DNA from: Deltaproteobacteria bacterium
Lineage (GTDB): Bacteria; Myxococcota; Kuafuiibacteriia; Kuafuiibacteriales; Kuafuiibacteriaceae
DNA length: 64,000 bases
NCBI GenBank assembly: GCA_040218735.1
Contig: JAVJQW010000042.1
Span: 64,001-128,000, forward strand
Direction of reading: 5' to 3'
How positions within the stretch are numbered: the first letter of the stretch is position 1; each line of letters opens with the position of its first letter. The position numbers were made by a program, and so were the translations under genes. Shown here piece by piece: positions 19,169 to 28,047 of the stretch. The notes beneath the pieces were generated by a model, which had not been told where the DNA came from, made no database searches, and was given only the letters and a program-made list of their open reading frames with translations.

Positions 19169-21085
19169 TCAGGGCAAGCGGATGTCACCCAGCGGCTCGC
19201 GGATGGACTCACCGCGGTCGGTCGTGCCGGTGAGGTGCGCTTCGCGAATGTCAGCGCCAGGGTGCGGCAGCCCCGTGACCTCGTACCGTTTCCCGCCCAT
19301 GAGCGTCGCACCCGCCTCCCAGAGGTTGTATCGGAAATCACCAGACGCCGTGCGCAGAAGGACCGATGGCGTGTGGACCTCGGTCACGACGGCAGCATCG
19401 ATCTCGAGATAGACGGTCACCGTCGGCCCTTCGCGGTAGAAGCATTGGGGACACACCGTCGGATCCGGCTGCGGCACTACGTCCGGATGCGCCCACCCCG
19501 AGTACCCCTGCTTGTCCGGGCAGGGCGCCTCCGCCGGCTGCTCCATCCCCACCGGCCGAAACAGCACCGCGTCACACGCCCCCGCGCCCGTCGCGACCAA
19601 CGGCGGCATCGCGACCACGTAGTCCGGCGCCGGCAGGTAACTCGTCAGCACGTCGGGTCGCGCGTCCTCGTACGCACCCCGCGGCGCGCACGTCACCATC
19701 GGGCACTGCTCGAGCGGGCCGTCCGGCGTCATGCACACCGACTCCACCGCGCCGCACACCGAGACACGATGCACCATCGCGCACGTGCCCACGCACATCC
19801 CCGGGCTCGCGAAGTAGTTCAGGTCCACGCCGCTCGCGTAGACCGCGTCGGCGATCTCGACCGCCGGAACGTCCGGAACGAACGCCCACGCGAGCGCCGC
19901 CGCGGTCGACGCCACGCCCGCCGACACCGACGTCCCCGTCAGCATCCCCAACGCGGAGCCGCCCAGCGTGTGCGCCGTCCCGCGGAACCCCGGCGCCACC
20001 AACCGCGGCGTGCTCGCCGCGCGCCCGTTCGGAAGCGGCCAGTCCCGACCGTCCACACCGCCGACCGCCTCGACCAAACCGCCCGCCGCCGAGTACCCCG
20101 GCGCCGGGCCCTCCAGCTGATCACAACGGCCCACCGAAGGCCGCGCCTCGTCGTTCCACGCCGCTGGCAGGATCGCGCCGGTGTGATGCGAAGTCCCGCC
20201 GGACCAGTTTCCCGCCGCCGCGACCACCAGCGCGCCGTGGCACACCGCCTCTTCGATCGCGGTGTGCACCGCGCGCACCGGTGTCTCGCCGCCGGGCGCG
20301 CTCCCGAACGCCGGCAACCACCCGAGGCTCAGGTTGATCACCAAACGGTCCGCAGGGCTCGCGCGATCCGCGAGGTAGCGCTGCACCGCGCGGTGCGTCG
20401 CCGCCGCGAGATCACTTTGGTACCCGAAGTCCCCACCCGCAGCGGACTTCTTCCAGGTCGTCCCGTCGAAGCGCCACGGCAACGCCAGCTCGTGGTGCAC
20501 GTGCACATTGCAACCTGGCTTGCTCGGTCCATCCGGACACCCGACGCTCCGAGCGATGCGCCCCAGCACGTAGCCGTGTTCGCTGTTGCCCGGCATCGCT
20601 TCGCCGTCACCGACCGGCGACGGCGGCGAGCTGTCGACGATGCCCACCCACGTTCGTGAAGGCGCCGTCGCGACTGGGACGCCCGGATCGATCTGCCCGA
20701 GGAACGCGGAGTAGTGCGCGTTCCACATCGGCGTCGCGGCCGGGGTCACGACGAGGCAATCGGGATCCGCGGCACCGCCCGCGGGCACGAGCGAAGCCAC
20801 CGCCGCCGCCGAAGGCTCGCCGCTCCCCAGATACTCGTAACGACAGAACGCCATCAGCGCCGAGGCGGTCGCACCCGGAAACACGCGCGACTCCGCCCAA
20901 CCGCTCTTCGAGTCACACGCACCCCCCGGGTCGAACACGATGGTCCGCCGCGAAGAACAGAGCGCCCCCGGCGCCGGGAAGGGATCGAACACGATGCGCG
21001 CGGACTTCGTCGCCACCGGCTCGCCGGGGCTGCACCCGCCCATCGCGCCGACAACGAGGATCGCGGAGGTCAGATTTCGCATCAC
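19169..21085 (-). CDS. S8 (subtilisin-like) serine peptidase, Cys-rich lipoprotein
   Basis: Lipobox MGGC; triad GIVDS / EHG / GTS; INLSLG, AAAGN. Confidence 0.88.
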   Translation of the reverse strand: MMRNLTSAILVVGAMGGCSPGEPVATKSARIVFDPFPAPGALCSSRRTIVFDPGGACDSKSGWAESRVFPGATASALMAFCRYEYLGSGEPSAAAVASLVPAGGAADPDCLVVTPAATPMWNAHYSAFLGQIDPGVPVATAPSRTWVGIVDSSPPSPVGDGEAMPGNSEHGYVLGRIARSVGCPDGPSKPGCNVHVHHELALPWRFDGTTWKKSAAGGDFGYQSDLAAATHRAVQRYLADRASPADRLVINLSLGWLPAFGSAPGGETPVRAVHTAIEEAVCHGALVVAAAGNWSGGTSHHTGAILPAAWNDEARPSVGRCDQLEGPAPGYSAAGGLVEAVGGVDGRDWPLPNGRAASTPRLVAPGFRGTAHTLGGSALGMLTGTSVSAGVASTAAALAWAFVPDVPAVEIADAVYASGVDLNYFASPGMCVGTCAMVHRVSVCGAVESVCMTPDGPLEQCPMVTCAPRGAYEDARPDVLTSYLPAPDYVVAMPPLVATGAGACDAVLFRPVGMEQPAEAPCPDKQGYSGWAHPDVVPQPDPTVCPQCFYREGPTVTVYLEIDAAVVTEVHTPSVLLRTASGDFRYNLWEAGATLMGGKRYEVTGLPHPGADIREAHLTGTTDRGESIREPLGDIRLP

Positions 21086-21094
21086 AGCGTTCGA

Positions 21095-21121
21095 TACAAG
21101 GTGCCCTCCACGAATCTAACG
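21095..21121 (-). promoter_or_regulatory. Putative ECF promoter (copy before the S8 gene)
   Basis: CGTTAGAT-N13-CTTGTA. Confidence 0.65.
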
Positions 21122-21139
21122 TGACGCGATCGATCTTTT

Positions 21140-21823
21140 TCACTCGCGCGTTTGCACCGGCTGAACGACCCACCGCCACGCCGGATCGCGGCCTTGCACC
21201 TGCGCAACGTTGGGCGCCATCCCATCGCCGACCGCCGCCACGATCTGCGCAGCACCCCACGAACCGACCGTTCCGCTCGCCCGTACCGCGCCGGAAGCAT
21301 CGCGTTCCAAAGTCACGTCGACCGGCGTCACTGCGTCGCCCTTCACGACGAACAGCCACGCGTCGACCTCGCGGCCCACGCGCGTCGCGGGTCGTAACAG
21401 CATCGTGAACCGATCGCCGACGCGCGCCTCGATCGCGGCGTCCTCGGAGCGATACTCTACCGCGACCTGCACCCGCCCCGAGTAGTCCGGGAGCGGCGTG
21501 GGCTGCCCGAGCAGCAGGAACCCCGCGACCAAAGAAGCCGCGAGCGCCCCCGCGCCGCCGATCCACAACGCGCGCGTCGGCCGGATCGTGTGCACCTTCA
21601 TCGCCTGCTCGGCGCCGTCGGCGAGCTGCTCGAAGAAGGCGTCCGCCTTCGGCTCGCACAGCTCGACCACCCGCATCAGCGCCGGGTCTTGCTCTGCCGC
21701 GCGCATCAGCTCGGCGCGCTCGGGCTCCGAGAGCTCTCCGGCTGCGAGTCGGGCGAGCTGATCCACCTGTCGCTCGTCGCGAGCGACCTCGACGATCGCG
21801 TCCATCAACTCCGTCTCCTTCAT
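21140..21823 (-). CDS. Putative membrane-anchored anti-sigma factor
   Basis: Start overlaps the ECF stop (ATGA); helical N-domain, single TM ALWIGGAGALAASLVAGFLLL, beta-rich C-domain. Confidence 0.7.
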   Translation of the reverse strand: MKETELMDAIVEVARDERQVDQLARLAAGELSEPERAELMRAAEQDPALMRVVELCEPKADAFFEQLADGAEQAMKVHTIRPTRALWIGGAGALAASLVAGFLLLGQPTPLPDYSGRVQVAVEYRSEDAAIEARVGDRFTMLLRPATRVGREVDAWLFVVKGDAVTPVDVTLERDASGAVRASGTVGSWGAAQIVAAVGDGMAPNVAQVQGRDPAWRWVVQPVQTRE

Positions 21824-22479
21824 CGCTCCGACGCCTCCGGCATCTTGCGCTCATCTTCGCTGACAAGCTCGTCGAACAGCTCACGTGCCCGGTTCGCCAC
21901 GCGGTTTCGCCACGCGTACAGCGCCGACGGCTTCATCTCGAACGACGCCGCGACCTCCTGAAGCGGCACCTCCTCCAGGTACACCTGGTCGAACAACTCG
22001 CGTCCGCGCGGCGTGAGCCACACATCCAAACGCAGGCACAACTCCCGGAGCAGATCGCGGTACACCACGCGGCGCTCGCCGTCGGTCTGTACCGCGTACA
22101 CCTCGACGTCCTCCGTGGGGCGCTCCTTCTCGTTGCGCGGCGTGCGGCGTGCGCTCACCAGGACGTTCGAAACCTCCCGCTCCGCCACCATCCCGGCGAA
22201 GCTCTCCAGCGACAACCCACGCGACGGATCCCACGCGCGGAGCGCTCGCCCGTCGTTGGTGAAGAGCCGCACGAAGACCTCCTGCGTCAGGTCGTCCACG
22301 TCGGCGCGGAGCTCTCGCGAACGTCCCGAGCTCCGTTTCGCGAGCGCCCGCGCGACCCGGACCTGAATCGTCGGGGTCAGCCGACGCGCCAGCTCGACGA
22401 GCGCGCGACGATCCTTGGAGAGCGCCCGTTCGACGAGCTCGCGCTCGGCGTCCGGAGTCTGGGGCGCGACGTCAGCCAC
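21820..22479 (-). CDS. ECF sigma-70 family factor
   Basis: Region 2 DVDDLTQEVFVRL..LRAWDP; region 4 EVPLQEVAASFEMKPSALYAWRNR; GTG 22479 preferred because the 22503 start lies inside the promoter motif. Confidence 0.9.
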   Translation of the reverse strand: MADVAPQTPDAERELVERALSKDRRALVELARRLTPTIQVRVARALAKRSSGRSRELRADVDDLTQEVFVRLFTNDGRALRAWDPSRGLSLESFAGMVAEREVSNVLVSARRTPRNEKERPTEDVEVYAVQTDGERRVVYRDLLRELCLRLDVWLTPRGRELFDQVYLEEVPLQEVAASFEMKPSALYAWRNRVANRARELFDELVSEDERKMPEASER

Positions 22480-22491
22480 TTCGACATGACC

Positions 22492-22518
22492 TACAACGAA
22501 CACGCCCCAGATCTCACG
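22492..22518 (-). promoter_or_regulatory. Putative ECF autoregulatory promoter
   Basis: CGTGAGAT-N13-GTTGTA. Confidence 0.65.
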
Positions 22519-22524
22519 CGCGAC

Positions 22525-24756
22525 CTACAAACAAGTCCCCGGGCCGCTCGGCGCGCCCGCCGGTGCCGGCGTCACGGCCGTGCCTGGCTCGAACAGCGTC
22601 GCGCTCGCGTCGCAGACGCCGAATCCGATGTTCTCCTGCACCCACGCCTCGCCGAACACTTCGCCGCAGATCGCTACGACGCCCGCGAGCTCGTTGCCGA
22701 ACGCCGGGTCGTTCTCGACCACCCGGGCGATGACGTTCCGCGTCGCGTGGTTCTGCTCCTGCGAGACCGGCTGGCAAAGGAAGTCGAGGAACGCATCGAT
22801 GCACTGCGCTTCGGCTTCGTTCGAAGCGAACGTCTCGAGCGCCTCCGAGCGATCCTCACACGCGCCTTCGATCTCCATGTCGCCGTACACGCAGATCTCT
22901 GCGCTGGGCGTCGAACCCGGATCGAACGACGGCTCACACGGCGGCGGCGTCTCGGGCAGCTCGGGGACCTCACCCTCGATGCAGGACTGCACCGTGCTCG
23001 GGAAGCTCGCGAACTCCGGGTGCCCGGGGAAGTGCGAGAGCACGTCGGGTTGGCTCGTCACGTCGCCGCTGCGCGCGCTCGTCCCGATGCGCAATCGATT
23101 CGCCTCGGGCCAAGGGTCGTCTTCGTAGCTCGCGAGCGACGTGGTGTAGTCGTAGATGACGAAGTCCCACGAGGCGAACAGCACCTTGGCGTGCACCCAC
23201 GCTTTCGACGCGAAGCTCAGGTCCGCCTCCATGTGCGGCGTTACGACAAGACCGGTGGTCGGCTCGAAGTCGGGCCGCAACGAAGCGCGCTCCGCGTCGC
23301 GGACGTCGTGCACCATCTGGCCGGTGCCCTCCAGGCCGCCCTGGATGTTGAACTGAAGTGCGAGGAGTCCGACGTCGATGCCCGCGCTCCCGAGCAGCGC
23401 GCCCGACATCGTCATTCCGGCTCGCGACGTCCGGCCGTAGTCGGCGTCCTGGATGGCCCGGGTGAGGAACGGATCGTTCGGCGCGAGGAAGTCGCCCACG
23501 CCGTTCGCGTTCACGAAGATCGGCGAAGTTCCGGGCACCGTGCTCGCGAGGCTCCACGTTCCATCGTAGTACCCGGCGGTTCCGTAGGTCTCCCACGTGT
23601 AGGGCGGCGTTCCGGCGCGCGGGGGCGAGAACGTCGGCGGCGGCGAAGCGAGCACGGCGTCGGTGATGGGTTTGCCGTCGCCCGCGAACATCTCGAGCCC
23701 GAGCTGGAGCTGCGCCTTGAACACGAAGATGTCGAAGAGCGGGATCGGCGGGAAGGTCCCCTCCGCGTTCCACTGAGAAGAAACGACGTCCTCCCCGAAC
23801 GTCACCGTGTGGTGCGTCTTGGCGTAGATCGGCTCTTCGCTGTTCACCTCGAGCTGCTCGGAGGCGTTCTCAACCTCGGTGTCACCGACCACGAAAGTCA
23901 CGGGCGTACGAACCTCCGGGAAGCTCGGGATGCCGAGCCCGCGAATCGGCGAAAAGCGCGTACCGAGCGACAGCGGAACGGCGAACGCCTGCGCGCCGTC
24001 GACGTTGGCCGTGTCGAGGAACCGCTCGGGGGGGTGCACCACGGCGGTCGGCTCGATCACCATGAAGTCGATGCGCTGCCCGAAGATGTCGAGCCCGCCG
24101 GCGGAGCGTGAGCCCATCGTCACGCCGCTGCCCGGCTGGTTCATGACGGCTTCACGCGCCGCGCAGTACAGACGTGCACCGCGCATCCGCAGCTCGTCGA
24201 AGTGCTCGGGGTCGGGGTAGGGCGTCGTCGTGAGCGGGCAGTTCGGATACTGCGGACAAGTCTCCGTGTCCGACGACTGCCAGCGCGCCTGCACGGGCTC
24301 GTACCCCGCGTGAGCCGTCGTTCGCGTGACACTCGCCGAGCCGCCGAGGCCCGAGAACATTGCGGAGATCGCGGCGGTGCTGATCTCCGACTCACGGTTC
24401 TCGGCCATCGTCTGCGCCGACGAGAGCAGCGGATCGAGCGCCGGCTGCGCCGAGAACGGATCCGAAGTCACCGCCGCTCGCCACGTCGCGGCGTTCGACG
24501 AGGGGTTGTTGTTGAGGTCGAAGCCGTTGGTGTAGACCCCGCCGGGAACGTCCGGCGGGAACGCGCCGCCGCCCAGGACGAGGTTCGACAACGGTGGGAT
24601 CGTCCCGGACGTGCTCGGGCCTGCGGGTGTATTGAATAGATTGACGACGCGATCCCTTGCGTCGGCGACGACGTCTTCGGCGGCGCTACATCCTGCGAGG
24701 ACGAACAGGGTCGTGGCCGCGCCGAACGGGCGCAGCCGCTTTGAGAAAGCACTCAT
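22525..24756 (-). CDS. Large hypothetical lipoprotein, beta-rich core and Cys-rich C-terminus
   Basis: MSAFSKRLRPFGAATTLFVLAGC lipobox; AAGGAG RBS. Confidence 0.82.
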   Translation of the reverse strand: MSAFSKRLRPFGAATTLFVLAGCSAAEDVVADARDRVVNLFNTPAGPSTSGTIPPLSNLVLGGGAFPPDVPGGVYTNGFDLNNNPSSNAATWRAAVTSDPFSAQPALDPLLSSAQTMAENRESEISTAAISAMFSGLGGSASVTRTTAHAGYEPVQARWQSSDTETCPQYPNCPLTTTPYPDPEHFDELRMRGARLYCAAREAVMNQPGSGVTMGSRSAGGLDIFGQRIDFMVIEPTAVVHPPERFLDTANVDGAQAFAVPLSLGTRFSPIRGLGIPSFPEVRTPVTFVVGDTEVENASEQLEVNSEEPIYAKTHHTVTFGEDVVSSQWNAEGTFPPIPLFDIFVFKAQLQLGLEMFAGDGKPITDAVLASPPPTFSPPRAGTPPYTWETYGTAGYYDGTWSLASTVPGTSPIFVNANGVGDFLAPNDPFLTRAIQDADYGRTSRAGMTMSGALLGSAGIDVGLLALQFNIQGGLEGTGQMVHDVRDAERASLRPDFEPTTGLVVTPHMEADLSFASKAWVHAKVLFASWDFVIYDYTTSLASYEDDPWPEANRLRIGTSARSGDVTSQPDVLSHFPGHPEFASFPSTVQSCIEGEVPELPETPPPCEPSFDPGSTPSAEICVYGDMEIEGACEDRSEALETFASNEAEAQCIDAFLDFLCQPVSQEQNHATRNVIARVVENDPAFGNELAGVVAICGEVFGEAWVQENIGFGVCDASATLFEPGTAVTPAPAGAPSGPGTCL

Positions 24757-24804
24757 GATTTCAGGGCTCCTTGGGAGGGGTGGTTGGTTGGGTTCGTCGA
24801 GGTC

Positions 24805-24831
24805 TACAAGGCGGCGCGCTCGGACCTCACG
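24805..24831 (-). promoter_or_regulatory. Putative ECF promoter (copy before the lipoprotein gene)
   Basis: CGTGAGGT-N13-CTTGTA. Confidence 0.65.
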
Positions 24832-24917
24832 TGACCGATCCGACCTGGGACCCATGGCCCAGGTGTCTGGTCCGCCATTCTTGCCGGTGCATCCTGTCGC
24901 CTCCTACCGTGGTCTGC

Positions 24918-26567
24918 ATGTCCTCCGATGTGCGCAATGACGTCCCCGTCTCCCGAGTCGCGCTCTCGCAGCCCGTCGACGTGACGCAGCCTCCGGCGCC
25001 CAAGGCGCTCGCGGTGCCGCTCGCGCCCGCGCAGACCGGCGAGGCTCCGAAGCCCGCCCTCGGCCACGGCGGGAGCCAGGGCGTCAGCCGTCTGGCCGAG
25101 CTGCGATCGACCGCCGCGATCACGCCCGTGGAGATCGCGGTGCCGTCGTCCGCTTCCCACGCGGTCGCCAAGTCCGCCGGGCCCCGCCCGGTCGCGTTGC
25201 CGGGCATCAGCGCGCACGCGCGCGAGCTCGGCGCGCTGAGCGCGACCGAGACGGCACGCCTGATCCGAAGCGGTGAGCTCAGCCGTCGCGAAGTCACCGA
25301 GACCGCTATCGAGCGCGCCGAGGCGTCGCAAGCCCTGGTGCACGGCATCGCCGCGCGGCACTACGACGAAGCTCGCTCGAACGCGGAAGGCGCCGGCACC
25401 GGCGGCCCGCTCGACGGCGTGCCGACCGCCATCAAGGACATCGTCGCGGTGAAGGGCTTCGTCACGACCGCCGGGAGCCGCGCGCTCCCGAACACGCCGG
25501 CGGCGGAGTCGTCACAGGACGTCCAAGACTTCCTCGCGCTCGGCGGCAACCCGATCGTGCAGACGACGTCGTCCGAGTTCGGCTTCACGTGCACCGTCGA
25601 ACCCGTCGGCGGGAAGCCGACGCGCAACCCGTACGACCCGACGCGGTCCACCGGTGGCTCATCCGGGGGTTCCGCGGCGCTCGTCGCCGCGGGTGTCATC
25701 CCGTTCGCGCACACCACCGACGGCGGTGGTTCGACGCGCATCCCTGCGAACTGGTGTGGGCTCTACGGCCTGAAGGCCACGCGTGGTCGTCAGACTTCGC
25801 TGGTGAGCGGGAAGAAGATGCCCGTCGAGATCAACGCGGCCGGCGCCGTCACGCGGACCGTCGAAGACCTCGCGACGGTCATGCACGGCCTCGATCGAGG
25901 CGTCGAGAAGGGGATGAAGCCGCTCGGGTTGGTCGAAGGGCCCGGCAATGAGCGCCTCCGTGTCGGCTTCTATGTCGACCCGTTAGGCGGAAAGGCGGAC
26001 CCGGAGGTCGCGCAAGCTGTGTTGCGAACCGCGGAGGCGCTCGAGAAGCAGGGCCACATCGTCGAGGAGATGGCGCCGCCTTACACGCAGGCCTTCAACC
26101 GCGACTTCCTGCAGCACTACTCGCTGATCGCGTTGCTCGTTAACCTCCGCCTGCGCTTCATGGACGGGGCGGACGTCGACCAGCTCGAACCGTTCTCCAA
26201 GGGCCTCGCGAAGCGTGCGCTGACGCCGACGAACCTCCTCACGATGCCCTACAACGTCTGGCGACTCTCCCGGTTCGAACACGAATACACCAAGCAGTTC
26301 GACCAGCGCGACATCATCCTCAGCCCAGTCACGGCGACGACGGCGCCGAAGCTCGGCCACCTGTCGCCCGGGCTCGACTTCGATACGCACCTCGAGCGAC
26401 TCCTCGAGGTCGTTGCGTTCACGCCGATTCAGAACGCCTCCGGTGGGCCGGCGCTCTCGATGCCCGCGGGGTTCTCGGAGGACGGTCTGCCGATCGGCGT
26501 GCAGCTCGCGTCGAACCTCGGCGAAGACCGCCGCCTGATCGAGCTGGCGTTCGCGCTGAAGGACTAA
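24918..26567 (+). CDS. Amidase signature family enzyme with a long Pro/Ala-rich N-terminal extension
   Basis: GVPTAIKD, GGSSGGSAA, DGGGSTRIPA, GLPIGVQL. Confidence 0.9.
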   Translation: MSSDVRNDVPVSRVALSQPVDVTQPPAPKALAVPLAPAQTGEAPKPALGHGGSQGVSRLAELRSTAAITPVEIAVPSSASHAVAKSAGPRPVALPGISAHARELGALSATETARLIRSGELSRREVTETAIERAEASQALVHGIAARHYDEARSNAEGAGTGGPLDGVPTAIKDIVAVKGFVTTAGSRALPNTPAAESSQDVQDFLALGGNPIVQTTSSEFGFTCTVEPVGGKPTRNPYDPTRSTGGSSGGSAALVAAGVIPFAHTTDGGGSTRIPANWCGLYGLKATRGRQTSLVSGKKMPVEINAAGAVTRTVEDLATVMHGLDRGVEKGMKPLGLVEGPGNERLRVGFYVDPLGGKADPEVAQAVLRTAEALEKQGHIVEEMAPPYTQAFNRDFLQHYSLIALLVNLRLRFMDGADVDQLEPFSKGLAKRALTPTNLLTMPYNVWRLSRFEHEYTKQFDQRDIILSPVTATTAPKLGHLSPGLDFDTHLERLLEVVAFTPIQNASGGPALSMPAGFSEDGLPIGVQLASNLGEDRRLIELAFALKD

Positions 26568-26716
26568 CGCTGGTGCATCCGCGCGGCCTTCGCGCCGGCG
26601 CCCGCTTCGTCCCACTCGATGATCATGTAGGCGGCCGCGGCCACGACGACCATGCACACGATCCCCAGCCCGATCATAACGTAGACCGCGCCGCTCCCCT
26701 TCTTCGGAGGTTTCAT
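26564..26716 (-). CDS. 50-aa single-pass membrane protein (absent from the ORF track)
   Basis: MKPPKKGSGAVYVMIGLGIVCMVVVAAAAYMIIEWDEAGAGAKAARMHQR; ATGA overlap with the DUF1015 stop. Confidence 0.65.
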   Translation of the reverse strand: MKPPKKGSGAVYVMIGLGIVCMVVVAAAAYMIIEWDEAGAGAKAARMHQR

Positions 26717-28026
26717 CGGACGAGCCCTCGCGCTTCCATGTAGAAGCGTTTCTCGTCCGCCTCGCCCATGGAGAACGTCTTGCGCGGTAGTGCGCCGTCG
26801 AGCGCGACGCTCTTGAACAGGTCGCTCTTGTCCATGCCCGGGAGGAAGAAACCCAGGTTGTTCGGCTTCTTGCCGAGCCGGTCGGTTGCCTCGGTGCCGT
26901 GCACGTAGTCGACCTCCCGGAACCGCTTGGCCTCCTCGAGCTCGCTGAGGAACGGCTGAAGCGTCGACACCGCGAGGTTGCCCTTCGGCGCCTTGATCCG
27001 ACCGACGCGATAGCCGCTCGCGTCGATGATCCCCACGCTCTGCGTGTCGGCATCTACCGCGGCTGTCATCGCTTCGAGCGAATCCACTGAAGAGATCTCC
27101 ACGCCACCGTACTCGCTCAGCGCGCCGACGACGTCGAACCCGTCCTCCACGTCGAACAGGACCCGGTGGATCGGCTCGAACTCCAGCGAAGCGTCGTGAA
27201 CGTTCACCAGCTCCACGAGCGCGTAGCGACGTGGGTCGTCGGGGCCCGCGTCCGCCTTCACCTTCTCCCAGATCGCCTTGGCCGTCGCGAGGGAGTGGTT
27301 GCCGTCGCCCATCGCGTAGAGCAGGACGGGGGCGTCGTCACCGAGCCCGTAGCGCTCGGCGAACCGCTTCGGCTCGGCGAGCCGAGCGAGCGCCGCCGTG
27401 ATGCGGTCTTCCTGCTCGGACGACACGGCGAACCCGGTGAGGTGCCCGCCCTTCATCATCAGGTCGAAGTCGTAGACCTTCTCGAGCGAAGCGCCCGCGA
27501 GCGGGCCGATCACCGTGTCTTCGGGATCGTCGATCAGCACCATGATGTGCGGCAGCTCGATCGGCGCCCCTTCACGCACGCGGATGCGCGGCGGGAGGCG
27601 GTCCACGATCGTCCCCTCCGTCGCGCGCACGAGGGAGCTGGAGCCCGCGGTGTAGTCGTACGCGTCGAGGTCCATCGCGACCATGAGCCCGCGCCGCGTC
27701 TTGTTCGCCGCAACGCGCTCCACGTACAGGAAGGACTCGCGCGCTTCGAGCACGTCGTTCGCGAGGTAGTCCTTCATCGCGGCGTTGATCCGCGCGATGC
27801 GCTCGTCGCCCCCGGGCGCGTTCAGGTACACCTCCGGAAAGATGCAGTGCAGCGTCGACGGCGCGTCGCCGACGAGCCCCTCGACCTCCGCCCAGTACTC
27901 CGGCTCCGAGGTGTACTGGTCACACGCCACGACCGCCCACTTCGTGAGGTCCACGGAGGCGTTGGGGAGCAGGACCTTCGGGACACCGATGCCGATCGCG
28001 TCGTACGTCTTCACGGGCGCGACCAA
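26713..28026 (-). CDS. DUF1015 family protein
   Basis: KWAVVACDQYTS, RATEGT..RLPPR, AMGDGNHSLATAK, LPRKTFSMG. Confidence 0.85.
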   Translation of the reverse strand: MVAPVKTYDAIGIGVPKVLLPNASVDLTKWAVVACDQYTSEPEYWAEVEGLVGDAPSTLHCIFPEVYLNAPGGDERIARINAAMKDYLANDVLEARESFLYVERVAANKTRRGLMVAMDLDAYDYTAGSSSLVRATEGTIVDRLPPRIRVREGAPIELPHIMVLIDDPEDTVIGPLAGASLEKVYDFDLMMKGGHLTGFAVSSEQEDRITAALARLAEPKRFAERYGLGDDAPVLLYAMGDGNHSLATAKAIWEKVKADAGPDDPRRYALVELVNVHDASLEFEPIHRVLFDVEDGFDVVGALSEYGGVEISSVDSLEAMTAAVDADTQSVGIIDASGYRVGRIKAPKGNLAVSTLQPFLSELEEAKRFREVDYVHGTEATDRLGKKPNNLGFFLPGMDKSDLFKSVALDGALPRKTFSMGEADEKRFYMEARGLVR

Positions 28027-28047
28027 AGCAGGTGTGGTCGCGCGGGT

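Noticed and set aside
16488-22503. Craspase / type III-E CRISPR locus
   Set aside because: No cas genes or repeat-spacer array; the CHAT protein has an export signal, so the link is an analogy only
24860-24900. Sigma-54 promoter before the amidase
   Set aside because: GG-to-GC spacing is 12 nt rather than the required 10
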